Assembly (NCBI GenBank): GCA_021613535.1
Contig: CP075493.1
Span: 1,116,001-1,180,000, forward strand
DNA length: 64,000 bases
DNA from: Adineta vaga
Lineage: Eukaryota > Animalia > Rotifera
Reading direction: 5' to 3'
Shown: in pieces, positions 24,851 through 38,005 of the stretch
Layout: every line of letters starts with the position of its first letter
Numbering within the stretch: position 1 is the stretch's first letter
The notes under the pieces: model-generated
The model's input: only the letters and a program-made list of their open reading frames with translations
Database searches by the model: none
What the model was told of the DNA's origin: nothing
Made by a program: the position numbers and the translations under genes

Positions 24851-27800
24851 TTAGAGAGTTGTTCCACTTGATTGATCATTTTCCACTTTTTTCGCTGATT
24901 CCTAATTGAATCAAAAAAGATAAAGAATTGAATACGTTTTCTTTTCATTACTTCGAGTTTTTTCAAAAGAACAGCAACGACCAAATTAAGAAGTACGAAT
25001 TGAGTAGAAAGAACGAAAACAACAAAATAAAGTGGTGAAATTATAGCTAATATCGAATTTTTCTTTCCATTGATTGAATCATCTTGACGTAGAGTATCCT
25101 TTGAAAGAAAAGAAAACGATTTCAATCCTTTCTTTTCTCTATAACTTACTGCCATAATTGCATTCCAATTATCTCCAGTTGCAACACGATACAATGTGAG
25201 TAGAGCAAGACCAAAATTTCCAAAATTTGCATGTTTATTCATACCCTCACAGGGTAATTCTTCTGTACATTGAATTTTTCCAAATAATTCTACACCAAGT
25301 GCAGCAAAGATAAAGAAAAGTAGGAAAAATAGAAGTGACAAATTCGCAACTTGTGGAAGAGCTTCAATAACTGTATCTATAAGTGCTTGAATACCTTTCG
25401 CCATTTTTAATAATCGTAAAACTAAAATAAAACTAATTGAAATTTTCTTTTAATTTCAAATTTATTTACTTCGTGCAATTCGTAAAAGTCTCATCGTACG
25501 AATCAATGTTGGATTTATTGGTAGAACATGTTTTCCATTCATTTTATCAATTCCAATTCCAATAATTGATAAAAATACAACAAATGCATCAAATCGATTC
25601 CAACTAAAGGTTAAATTGATAATAAAATATTAAACTAATCAACTTTTTCTGACTTATCATGAAAATATCGTGATGAACCAAGTGCGACGATTTTCCAAAG
25701 AAATTCCACGAAGAAAATCATTGTAAAAACATAATTACAATATTCAAGAACTTTTTCCAACCACTAAATGACCATAAACAAAGGATATTTATCATAAGAA
25801 AAGATCATATTTTTCATACCATTGGCATTTGATAAAATTCTACGGACATAGTTATAACATTTAAAACAATAATAACAGCAATTGCTATATCAAAATTTTT
25901 GTTTCTACATAAATTATATAGACCTTTTCGCCAGGATGAATAATCTTTGATATCTCGTAGATCACGTAATCGAAGTTGTTTACGTTCGAAATCTTTTAAA
26001 CGTTTAGCCTCAAGTCGAGCTTCTTCTTGACGATCAAGTTCTACTCGACATGATTGAAAATTCTCAACAATAACGCCAACAAATATATTGACAACAAAAA
26101 AGCCAACAGTTAAAATAAATGCGACAAAATAAAGAAATTTTCCTTCACTAAAATTCTTTTTTGGTTGCATATCAACACCAACAGCATCAATACCATTGTA
26201 CATAATGGAAACCCAAGCATCTTTGGACGATAATACAAATAATGTTAATAAAGCCTACAGAGAAATAAAAACAAGACTTGTTTTATGATAAATTGAAAAT
26301 GAATCATTACTTGAATTAAATTATCAAAATTATATTTCTGATTTATCCATACATGTTCAGGTAGATTCAAACATTCTTGTTTCGTTGAGATTGTATCAGC
26401 AAGAGAACCATCACAGTAATAGAATTTACCTTTGAACAACTAAAATTACAAAAAGATTCACTTGTATTTTATTTTGTATCATCATCAAATATTCATCTAT
26501 GATAGTTTTTCAAGTCTCTGCAATGAATGGCTTCTCAACTATAATTGAAAGTTTTCGATTTATTTTACCTGAACACCAAGAATTGCAAAGATAATAAAGA
26601 ACACCAAACAAATAATCATAACATGACCAATTGGTTTAACAGATGAGAGTAATGTTTCAATCACAAGTTTCAATCCAGGTGCACGATTAATAACTAAAAA
26701 GGAATGAAAAAGAGAAATAAGTAAAATTTCATTCATTACTTCAAACCTCTTAATGGTCGTAACGTTCTCAATAATCGAAACACTCGTAACATGCCTAAAA
26801 TATGTGATGTTGCATCGGATTCGGTCGATAAGATTTCCGTATTTTTATCTGCTATGATTAAATCTACGATTGAAATGACAACAAGAAAAGCATCCATACG
26901 ATTCCAATTATTTCGTAAATAAGTACGACGTCCAATAAACAAACCATCAGCAAGAATTTTAATAATCATTTCAATAGTAAATATCACTGTAAATACATAA
27001 TTTCCCCAAGTTAAAAATTTTCTTTCCTAAATAAATAACTTTTATATTTGACAAAAAAAAATTGAGAAGAAATTTCGATACTTACTAAACTAAGAGGTGA
27101 TATCGATGGACGTTCCATAGCAAGTGCAATGGAATTAATTCCAATACAAAGAAGAATTAATGAATCAAAAGCTTTTTCTCCAACTAAATCTTGTAATTTT
27201 ATTCGAAATCTAATTTCAGATGAAAATAATTTTTCATTGAAATACTTTTTAAAAGAATTAATTTACTTATTCGTTGGTGAAAGAAGATAAAGTGAATAGT
27301 TATGTCGTATACGAAACCATTGACATAGTTCTAATTGACAAAATGAATCCCAACAAGATGATTTAGTCTAGAAATATGTTTATTAATCATTGAATTAAAT
27401 AAATTGAATATAAAACTTACTTTTGTTTGAATATTTTTTTGATTAGATTGATCTATTTGAAGAGAATTTTGTTCATTGATTGATTGTGGCAAATCAGAAG
27501 TATATTCGAAATTTGTATAATCATTTGCTGTTTCATAACTATCTAGTGTTGTATTACCGTCTAATGAAAGTGAAATATCTTCTAATGTAGATTGATATTG
27601 AACAGATGAATTCATACTGTGTATTTCTTCCTCTTCGAGAAGATTTCCTTCTCTCGCAGTTGAATATTCTTCAGATAGAGACGGACAAGTTTGTGTTTGA
27701 TGATGTAGAATACTTCGATGTGGTTGAATATCACCTGTTATGATTGCTTCGATCTGAAAAGAAGCCTTTCATTTCTTTATACTTGTCTTTTTGATCTTAC

Positions 27801-30800
27801 TTGAAATGGATCAATTACAATTTCATTTGGATTATCTTCTTCATTTTTCTAAAATAAGTTAGTAGAATTTTTAAGTTTTGTTTTACATAAAATAATTCGA
27901 AGTTTACATCGCTAATAAAACCTTCGACAAGAATAGCAACAAAGAGATTAAGTAAAACATAATTTCCAAAGATCATCAAGCCAATAAAATATACAGCTGC
28001 CCACGAATTTGTTCTTTCCATTGCATTATATAAAACTTCATTCCAATCTTCTTGTGTTAAAATCTATTTTAAATAAACATTCTATTCATTATCTATCAAA
28101 ATTTCATGTAAATATCCTACCTGAAATACAGTTAACGATGCACTACGAAGTGAATCAAAATTGGGTCGATCTTGTGAACATATAACATCTCTCAAATTAG
28201 TTGAATTCTTTAATGAAATCACTTCCGGACATGAACAACATCGACACGTCGTTGTAAATTGTTGTCGTGATGTTCTATTAAAACCTTGAAGTATACAAAA
28301 TTGTCCACCGAATAGATGCATTCCAAGAATACTAAATCAATGAATTAAAGAGAACGAATATTTTTTCATTCAAATGATTATTATTAAATTTACCTGAAAA
28401 TGAATATGAAAAGAATTAATAATAAGAAAAATGTCGCAACATTATCCAATGTTTTAATCATAGTCATCTAAATAGAATGAAATATTTGTTAGATATTATA
28501 CTTAATTGGAATAATATAAAATAACTTACGAATTGTTTTCTTAATGTTGGTGCAAATTGAATTAATTTAAGAACACGTAATAATCGAAATGTTCGTAGAA
28601 CTGATAATCCACTATGTTGTGTACCATATAATTCAACTAAACTAATGATAACAATTGTACAATCAAAAATATTCAATGGATTTTTTATATAATTCCAACA
28701 TCCATCAGCCAGAAGTTTTAAGAACATTTCAAGTGTAAATAAAATGACAAAAACATAATTAATATATTCTAAGATATTTGTTAACGATTGAGGTTGACCA
28801 TGATATTCAACTGACATTGAAAGTGTATTTGCAATAATAGCACAAAATATTAGTAAATCAAAATATTTACTATGAACACAATATGCAATGAACTTTCGAA
28901 ATCTTTTGCATGGTAAACAATATTCTTTCTCTTGATCATGTTTGGATCGAGAATTTTTCCATAAGATTGTAAATCGTCGTTGCAAGCGCTTTATCGATCG
29001 TTCAAAATATTTGATAATCGCTTCCCAACAAGATTTTTGTTGATGACTCGAGCAAGAGAATTCATAGAACGTGAAAATCGTTTTCGTTCGGCTAACATTA
29101 ATTCTATTTCACGTTGTTTAGTAATACCAAATTGTGCTGAAATAACTGCAAGACAAATATTCATCATAAAAAATGAACCAATTATTGTTAAACAAAAAAA
29201 ATAAATCCAATCCCAAAAGGAATGAGCATCTTGAATATAATACATAATTTCAACCCAATTTTCAAGACTAATTATCTGAAGAAGAAAACCAAAGTTTTAT
29301 ATTTATCGAACATATTCAAAAGAAAACTAACTTGAAAGATTGCCAACCATGCATAGATCATATTATCAAAATGAATCGCTCCAGAAAATGGATTTTCATC
29401 GGATGTATTACAAGTTTGATAGTATTGATTCCAATTAATACAATCATGTATTGTTTGATTCGTCGATGCATTTAAACTCAGTTGACATGTAATATTATCT
29501 TGACGAAATCGAGGAATATCCGAACATTTGTTTGTTCCACTAGCTAATGAATTCGAACAAATAAATGAACGATCATCCGATGGAATATAAAATGGATGAA
29601 AAGAAAATTCTCTAAAAGAAAATCAATCAAATCAAAACAAATCATTTCTTTCACAACATACTCAATTTGATGATAATAATGATTGATTATTGAACTATTC
29701 AATTCTAAAAAACATCGATTACGTAAAACACCTTTCCATAATTGAACACCGATAATACCAAATATTGCAAAAAGAAAGAAATATAAAAGAAGAACATTGC
29801 CAAGTATTGGTAATGTATCTAATATAAGCATAACAAGAATACGCATTGATGGAATATTATTAATCGCACGTAGTGGTCGAAGTACACGAACGGTACGTAT
29901 TGCTGATAAACTTACATTATCACCTGGAAGAAACAATTCAATCCATCTAAAACGCAAACATTTGAATCGAACAAATATTTTCATCTATTCAAAACTTTAT
30001 ACCCAGTTATAACAATAAAACAATCTAATCGATTCCATGATTCAGCAAGATATGTTCCCTTTCCAATTAATCCCATTGCTATTATACGAATAAACATTTC
30101 CAATGTAAAATAAGCAAAAATACATTGATCGATTATATGAAGATAAACACAAAGTTTTGTCGTACATTTTTGCGAAGAATTGATTTCTGTTGTTGTCGAT
30201 GGACAGGGTTGATATAATCCAAGTGTAATACAATTTAATAAGATAACAAGAAGAGTTAGACGTTCAAACCATGGCCATGTAATAAGTTTTAAACATTGAT
30301 ATCGTGGAAATGTTGTTTGACGAAGACAACAAAATGCTTTTTCAATAAGACCAGGAAATGGTAAATCATTCGAATGAATCGATAAATTATCGACACTTAA
30401 AAAACAATCAGTTTCGTTAGAAGGAGATTTTTCATTGATATAATTGACTGAAATTGGTAATGAACTATGATAATTTTTCTTATCTCCCATAACTAGACGA
30501 TTATGATTCATTGATTTTGATACAGGTTTATTGACTATCAAACAATAACTATGATTTGTACAAGGTAATGTTGATGAATATCGACGAGTATCTTGTCTAT
30601 TGTCATAATTTACATGTGTATTTATCATCCATGATGAAATAATTTGTTCATTATTAATTTTCGTTACGAGTGAAGGATTTAAATTTATAAGTTCTTTTTC
30701 CATTTCATATTTCATCAATGGATTTTTTACTGTATTCGTATCATACATCAAATAAATTCGAGTTTGTGGAGCAAATAATTCGAGTTGAGATTGATATTGT

Positions 30801-31705
30801 GATTTAATCGATTGATTTAATGTCCACATAATACGTACTTGTTTCAATATATTATGATCTTGTTGATTATGTAATTCAAGATATTCTAATAAGGTTTTAA
30901 TCAACGATGGATCAATAAAAAGAAGTGTGATTTGTTTATCTTTGATAATGTTGCAGAAACGAACAATATTGAAATTACCTTCAGGTGGTAAAAGTACTAA
31001 AGTACCTGAAGGAATTGTAATTAATGGCATTAGAATTTCTAACATATGAATAATCCATGAAGTTTCAACGACTTGAAGAACTTTGTCACCATGTGTTGTT
31101 GACCATTGAATTAAATATTGTAAGTTTTCAATAAGAGATGCATGTGTATGAACAATTGCAGCTGGTCTCTTCATTATACTGGATGTAACAATGACAAAAC
31201 TTGGATTATCATCTTTAAGATTTATTGCTAAAAACCAATCAATCAAAACTTTCTTTCAAAATGCAGAAAAAAAAGTCTTACGTTTCCTGAAGATTTCTTC
31301 CACATTATCTATCAATAAAATTCGATCAATATGGATCATTGGAATTGTTCTACTGATAGTATTTGAAAATCGACGATGTGTATTTGCATGAATGAGAACA
31401 CACTGACCAGGTATTGCTTCAATTAATGTACAAATATATGAAGATGACTCAGTCGGATTTAATGGACAATATGTACCACCAACATAAAGAATTGCTAATA
31501 ATCCACATACCATTTCTAAACTACGATCAACATATTGATAAATAATTTCACCTATTTCAATATGAAGATGACCAGCGAGAGAAATAACATTCATTAATAA
31601 TTCACCATATGTCCATATTTGTTCATTTATTTCGATTGAGACTTGATTTGGAGAAGCATGTGATACTTCAAAAAACATTTCGACAATGTTTTTTGATGAT
31701 GACAT
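24851..31705 (-). CDS. T-type (Cav3) voltage-gated calcium channel alpha1 with N-terminal degenerate NRPS-type adenylation domain; multi-exon; one apparent frameshift (~29051)
   Basis: Four 6-TM repeats with intact S4 segments, pore loops SLENW/TQEDW/SKDAW/TGDNW (EEDD), Cav3 N-terminal PFPGL...WFER...NCITLG; upstream WTYGEL and [28 protein letters not shown]-binding motifs. Confidence 0.9.
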
Positions 31706-33499
31706 GATACGAAAACTCAATTCACAATCTGAAAACAAATCTACCAAATAATAAGATTCAGAAGACAATAAAACATTGGAATGGATATCTTTTCGCAACT
31801 TATCATTTTTAAAAGTACAAAAGACAGAGCACTAGTAGAATGAAATATTTCCTACACGGTTTATATTTGTGAATACAATAGAAATTAAAATCATGTTTTT
31901 CTTAATTGATAATTACATTTATAAATTCGTAATTTATTAGTTAGGGTTATCTCGTGGAAACAAAAGCGAAAAATAAATCGAAATCTTTGAAATAAAATTC
32001 TGCTATTTTCTGTTGTTAAAATATCGCTGAAAAACATGAATAAAATTTCTATAGATTTTTGTATGAATCTGTTAAGAAAAGTCGACAAAAAAAACAAGAT
32101 ACATGTGATAGATAATAGCACACAAATTTGACTGTATATCAAGGTAAACCAACAAGAATGTATAAATAAAAAACAGTTAATACTTAAAGAGAAAAAGAAA
32201 GAACGACATGTACAAGGATAATTTTCTAGATGTAAATGAAAATAAATCGATGAATGAAATCATCATTAATTGGATCAAATAAAGATATGATACTATTCAA
32301 AATTATATCGGAGTCAAGCAAAGAAAACAAGAGAAGCGAGTAATTACAATATCGTTTGAGAACGCAAGTAGGTAAATTATGAAGTTACAAAAATCTGTGC
32401 ATTATCCTCGATTCTTTCTATTTCAGATAAATTGCTCTTTGAATACATTGATGAAGACAAAGACAAAGACAAAACAAGTCAAACCATGACAATAGAAAGA
32501 GTACTGGCGAAAAATGTATTTAACGTCACAAATGATAGAGAAGACAAATAGAAATGTTCAGCTGGACAGTTATTAAAAAGAAATATGGAAATCAAATTAT
32601 TTTTGGCCAATTTAATTAATTTAAAATTAACAATCATCATCGAGAATAATCACGCGTATTAATGATTCATAAGAAAAATATTTCTTTTCATATGTTGAAT
32701 TTCGGTAGAATATGACGATACGTTTCGTGACAAGCATACGTGATTGCGAAAATAATAGAAATAGATAGGGGGAATGCAAACATGAGGTAGAGAATACAAC
32801 AATTAACAAACAGCGAAGGATTTCGAGTTGTTAAATAATTTATAAAGATGAAATATAGTGGCAACTTGTTGTTACAATACATTAGGTTCCTTTAGAAAAT
32901 TCTTTTCGTAAAACAGTTTCTTCGCTATTGTAACTCGATGCGAAGGTTTTGGAATACAAAAAATATCAATGAAACGTATTTTTTCGCTACAAAAAGACTT
33001 TGTTATTCTATTCATTGGAGTTTCGCGATAGATGGATAAAATAAGGAGAGAAAACTTCATCTTCAATCATGGATGATCGAGTGAGAAATTGATAGTTGCA
33101 AATAAATTTAGTAAAGAACTACATGTTAAAGATGGCTGCAACGAACAATATGTATTCGTAAACAAAAATGAAATGACTTCACTGCTGTCTATCCATATTA
33201 AAAATCAAATTGGTGTGTGATTTCGTGCACATAACAATCACGTTTTCAATGAGACAACGAAACGAAATTTCGTATGGAATTTTTATTTATTCCCTTTTCT
33301 GAAAGAAAGGGTTATACAGCGTTAAAATCATCGGCTTGAAATGCAAAAAGTTTGACTGTCCGGCCCATCCAGTCAGAATTCAGCAAACTGTCAAAACTGA
33401 TCTTGTGGGGTGGGTGAGGAGTAGCTAATCATTTACACACACACCCTCATCGGCTGTTTAGCATTCTTCGCTACGTTAAAGATATCATCATTCTTTTTA

Positions 33500-33889
33500 A
33501 TGAGAATGGGAAGTCTTTTACATTTGGTAGCAGTAAAATTTTTGACTAGTCCATTTACTTACTCTTTATTATTCATTGGTGGATTTGTTTATATCATCGG
33601 ACTGTTTATTTTATCTTCTAAATTCTTCTATGGAACAATTCGACGTCAAAATCTACTGTCTTTATTACAAATATCTACATTTCTTAATGGTTAAGGGTCG
33701 ATTTTGTTTGAATCGATATTTGATCTTCCTTTTTTACAGAGTATGGTGGGAACAATGTTTGTCTTCTGGTTGCCGACAAAATATGTTGAACGTGCCAATT
33801 GGAGAACAATATGGTCAACAGTTATAAGTCTACTAGGTTCGATTATATTCTTATACGGATTTGCCTATTTGTATAAAACTATTTTTTAA
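33500..33889 (+). CDS. Possible small multi-pass membrane protein
   Basis: Two hydrophobic ORFs flanking a GT-AG intron-like segment; splice phases do not match without an indel. Confidence 0.3.
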
Positions 33890-34068
33890 CTTTCTATTGT
33901 TAGCTAATAGTTTCATTCTCAAATAAATTTAAATTCGTTTTTTGCTTGTAATTCCAGAGCTATCTAAAGTGTAGTTAAAAAATAGATCCTTTATTCGTTA
34001 TAAATAAAACCAATGAAACACATCGTTATTATCATAAGAAGAATAGAAATCTGAAATTTTGGATCAAT

Positions 34069-34954
34069 TAATTGTGCCGCTCTCTAGCAGCAGACTGTAG
34101 TTTTTTTAATAAATCGGCTTGACGACGAGCTTGTTCTTGTCTGTTTAATTCATATTCATCCCAACCGACTACATCTTCTTCATCGAGTATAATTTGACCG
34201 GCTAATGAAGTTGACTTCCATCATAGACTATTCCAATTAATTCTGAATTAGGCTGATCGCTGCTAAATACTAACCATGCCAATTCATAGTCAGATTTGGG
34301 AATTGCTAAATGTAATTCAACTCGATTATTCGATTCATTACGAGTGTCAATAAATACTTTCTCTTGAGATTGATTAAATTCAGTAGGATTGGATTTCCAT
34401 TGTTCAATAATATTCATAGCTGAATCCGAGTCAATAATCATAATACGACCATGAAATGAACTTTCCCAAAAATAATCATCATCCGATTTACTTTTATTAA
34501 TCCCCAATAATTTATTAATTTTATATCTGAAGTCATAATCATGATGGCAGGACCAATCATATCGATTAATGTATACAATACTACGATCACTATGTGTTTG
34601 ATGAAGAGATGCACCAACAGTGGCACAACGTCGTAATATTTCGACTGGATTATGATGAATATTATATATAATATATCCTGATTTAAATGGTTCAGATTCC
34701 AAGTTCCATCGAGTTCGATATAATTTAGCTTGCCAATCACCTTTAGCAGCTCGACATCGATAATGATAAGCACGTTACACTATTGTCCCTCCTCCCAATG
34801 GTTCAGGTATAGACTGAGGAGTATCATATCGATTATGGCGACAATTGAAATAACCTTCACAGATACAATGTAATTGACCCCATAGTAATTCACCGCTAGA
34901 ACAATGGAATGATAAATGATTCGAATTAGAAGTTTGGTCTGTACAATTATTCAT
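34069..34954 (-). pseudogene. Intronless hypothetical protein (fungal-like, HGT candidate) with in-frame stop and a frameshift
   Basis: ATG 34954, SSGELLWGQL...GGTIV*RAYHY (TAA 34775-34777) in frame with ORF 34202-34702 (YINRYDW); coding-like sequence resumes in another frame after ~34212. Confidence 0.55.
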
Positions 34955-36969
34955 CTAAAAACAAAATACATTTCGTCAAAAATCATTTTGTATTAAGAGA
35001 AAGTTTCTTGCGATGTTATTTCAAAACACACATGTGATAACAAGAGAGAATATAGACAACGAAGGACAATAAACCATGTGGACGATCAGTAGAAGACAAA
35101 TAAAGAAAATGGAATGTATCAGTGTGTGAAATCGAAAGCCATAGGATAATCATCGATACGTTTGATCCATCGTATTATCATTATATTAAACATATTAGTA
35201 ATGAATAAAATCCAAATCGTTTCTTTCGCTCGCTTATAAAACTTTCGATCATTTAACATGATAACAAATGTAATCGGAAGAAAAAACATACATTTCTCTA
35301 TAAAGTTAGAGAAAGATTTTTAAGGAAGAACAGAGACGAAACGAAACGAGTTTGATTATATCTTCTTTGAGTACGTTCATTTACTTTTTTAAATATTTCG
35401 TGTAAATATAATGTTACATCATAAAAATTGAAAAAAATCCTTGTTCGCTCTACTGTAGGAAGAATGAAATAACAAAAGTAGTTTGTGTATTTGTTTTCGA
35501 GATCAAAAAATATTAATAGTAATCTTTTTCGATCAACTTCTGTTTAGTTTGGACGAAGTTTTGAGAAGATTTATGAGATCTTCATTTCTTTGTTGAAACA
35601 AATGATTTTCTTTTCATTTTAATCAGATAAATCGTGAAAACACAATTGTAAACTTCATTAAAAAAGTCAAACCGGTAAATGATCTTTGTTTTTGAATATA
35701 AAACAATGAAAAATAATTCCAAACAATACTATTAGACAAAAGCAGCAAGATGAAAGATCTACTATATAATCACATAGTATAATCTGACTTTGAAGACTGT
35801 ATGAATAAAAACGTATAACAATCATCATCCATTTCCGCTTTTTGATTGATTCACGATGATCAGATAGGAAGAACATCTCTGTATATTATTCACTCAGAGA
35901 TGCGCTAAATCTGTACAAAAAATGCGTCAATGAAAAGTTTACGATTTATTTCTATTCCTCATCGAGTCGATGATACAAGATTGATTTCACTTGAAAGAAC
36001 ACATTTTATTGTTGTTGCATTCCGATAAATGAGTTGAACAGTTTTTAAATTAAACGTCTTATTATTTTTCAAATATATACCAACAGATAGACAAGTTCGA
36101 GAGTCATAGATTTCAATTTTTCTTTTCAACGAAACAATGTAAGATTCATTAGCAACTTCTAAACAGATATAAGTAGATAAATGACAAATATCTCAAACTA
36201 ATTGATTCATCAGAATTTTCAAATAAGAATATGGTACGTTTCAGTCAAAGAGCTTGAGATATATATATATATATATATATGATATATTTGTACAGTTTTT
36301 TAGGGAACATACATGCCTATTTTGTTATTAGTTGTCATTGTCGAAAAATCATATTTCTGCTGTAATTGTTGTTTTCCATTACAGATGGATCTTTTTTTTG
36401 TATTGAAAAGGAAGAAAAGAATGAGTGATGGTCAGTCAAATTAAGGAATAAATAGTGGAATGATGACAGATGGCACTATGATTAACAATAGACATTTCCT
36501 CTTTTTGTTTTATTCCTATACTTAGTTGCTGATTTTCATACATTTTTCAAATATGAATGGGTTTCAATTGATTTGCTGATACAACTCTACTGATATCAGA
36601 GTATCCCTTATCAGAATTTATTCATACTACAAGAAAAATTTAATTTGTTTGGTGAACTAATTGACAATTCACTAAAAGTTCGAAATATTGACTCAACAAA
36701 AAAAGATTTCAATTAGCGTCACTTGAAATATATCCATTCTGCTTTATTCTCTATTTTCGTTTGATAATTTATTTTTTACTTGTGAACAATCAATATATGA
36801 TCTGTTTTTCCGATAGAAGAGATAATTTCATTGCATAAAATGAAAATTTATTATCACAGATTATTCTCATATAAAATTGGTCAATTCTATTCGGAAAAAA
36901 ATGGGACTAAAAACATCTAAAAGGTATTCTTATAAATGAGAAATTCTTGAAAAAATATCATCATTTATA

Positions 36970-38005
36970 TCATTTTCTTTTATCCTTTTTGATACGTTTA
37001 TCTTTGGCTTTATATTCTTGAACATAAAAGTTTCGAAAGAGTAATAACATTATAATCATATAACCACCTAACATAAGTTGACCCCTAAAATCGACAATAA
37101 AAAAATTTATAAAAAAAGAAGAGAAATTCTTTCTTAATTTACCATAATGGATAATCACAACGATAAATAATTCCAGCAAATGTATGAGATAAAACAATGA
37201 TAAATTGCGTCTAAAAATTTCAAATCATTTTCCTTTATTAAATTTTTATTTGATTTTCTTACAAGTTGTAACATAGTTATATATCGTTTCCACCAAAGTT
37301 TATCACGTAATGATGGAATAACTGACAAACCATAATACGAGTACATAAAAACATGAATAATTGAGTTCATAAATGGACCCATCCAAGCTTGTCCACCCTT
37401 CAGAAACAAGAACAATTCGAATAAGTCAACGACAACAAATGCTACTTACAGGTACCCATGTTAAAACAATCCACCAAAGAGGAAACATAGTTGAATGATG
37501 AAAAACATGAAGAAACGTTATTTGATTAAAACGTTTTCGAACAACCATAAATATTGTATCCAAAAATTCGATTAATTTAGAAAAATAATAAAACCACAAT
37601 GCACTGGCAACTCTCATTTCATTCTCGTCTTCTGTCACAATCATTCTCTGACATATTAAATTATATCGGCTACGATATACACCCAAGAATATCTAAATCA
37701 AACATCTATCGGAGAACAAAAAAAGCAAGAAACTAATATCTTACTTCTTTGACCATGTACGCTGATAAAACAACAAGACCCATATTGTAAATGAAAAGTA
37801 TCATTGCGGGTATATGATATTCTTGTCGATGTTTCATATAGCGTGGACCAAAAAAAATGATGACAAGATAAATAAATGTTAAGAAAAGTGTTGGTATTGG
37901 ATCAGCCCATAATAAAAACCAATCTTTTGTTCGATAATCCGCTTGATCTAAAGCATATTTATAAAATGCGACATGTTCCTTGAGCCAATCATTTAACCAA
38001 GTCAT
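36970..38005 (-). CDS. Very-long-chain fatty acid elongase (ELOVL family), 5 exons
   Basis: [16 protein letters not shown] histidine box, [21 protein letters not shown], Lys-rich ER-retention tail. Confidence 0.95.

Noticed and set aside
29981-31705. A-domain and channel as two adjacent separate genes
   Set aside because: No stop, frameshift or intron lies between them in the 421-codon ORF; an internal channel start in the linker cannot be fully excluded without transcripts
31706-31798. N-terminal extension of ORF 31256-31798
   Set aside because: Starts at a non-ATG codon and spans a probable splice acceptor; ATG at 31705 fits the domain start better
36258-36280. (AT)n microsatellite
   Set aside because: Ordinary simple repeat
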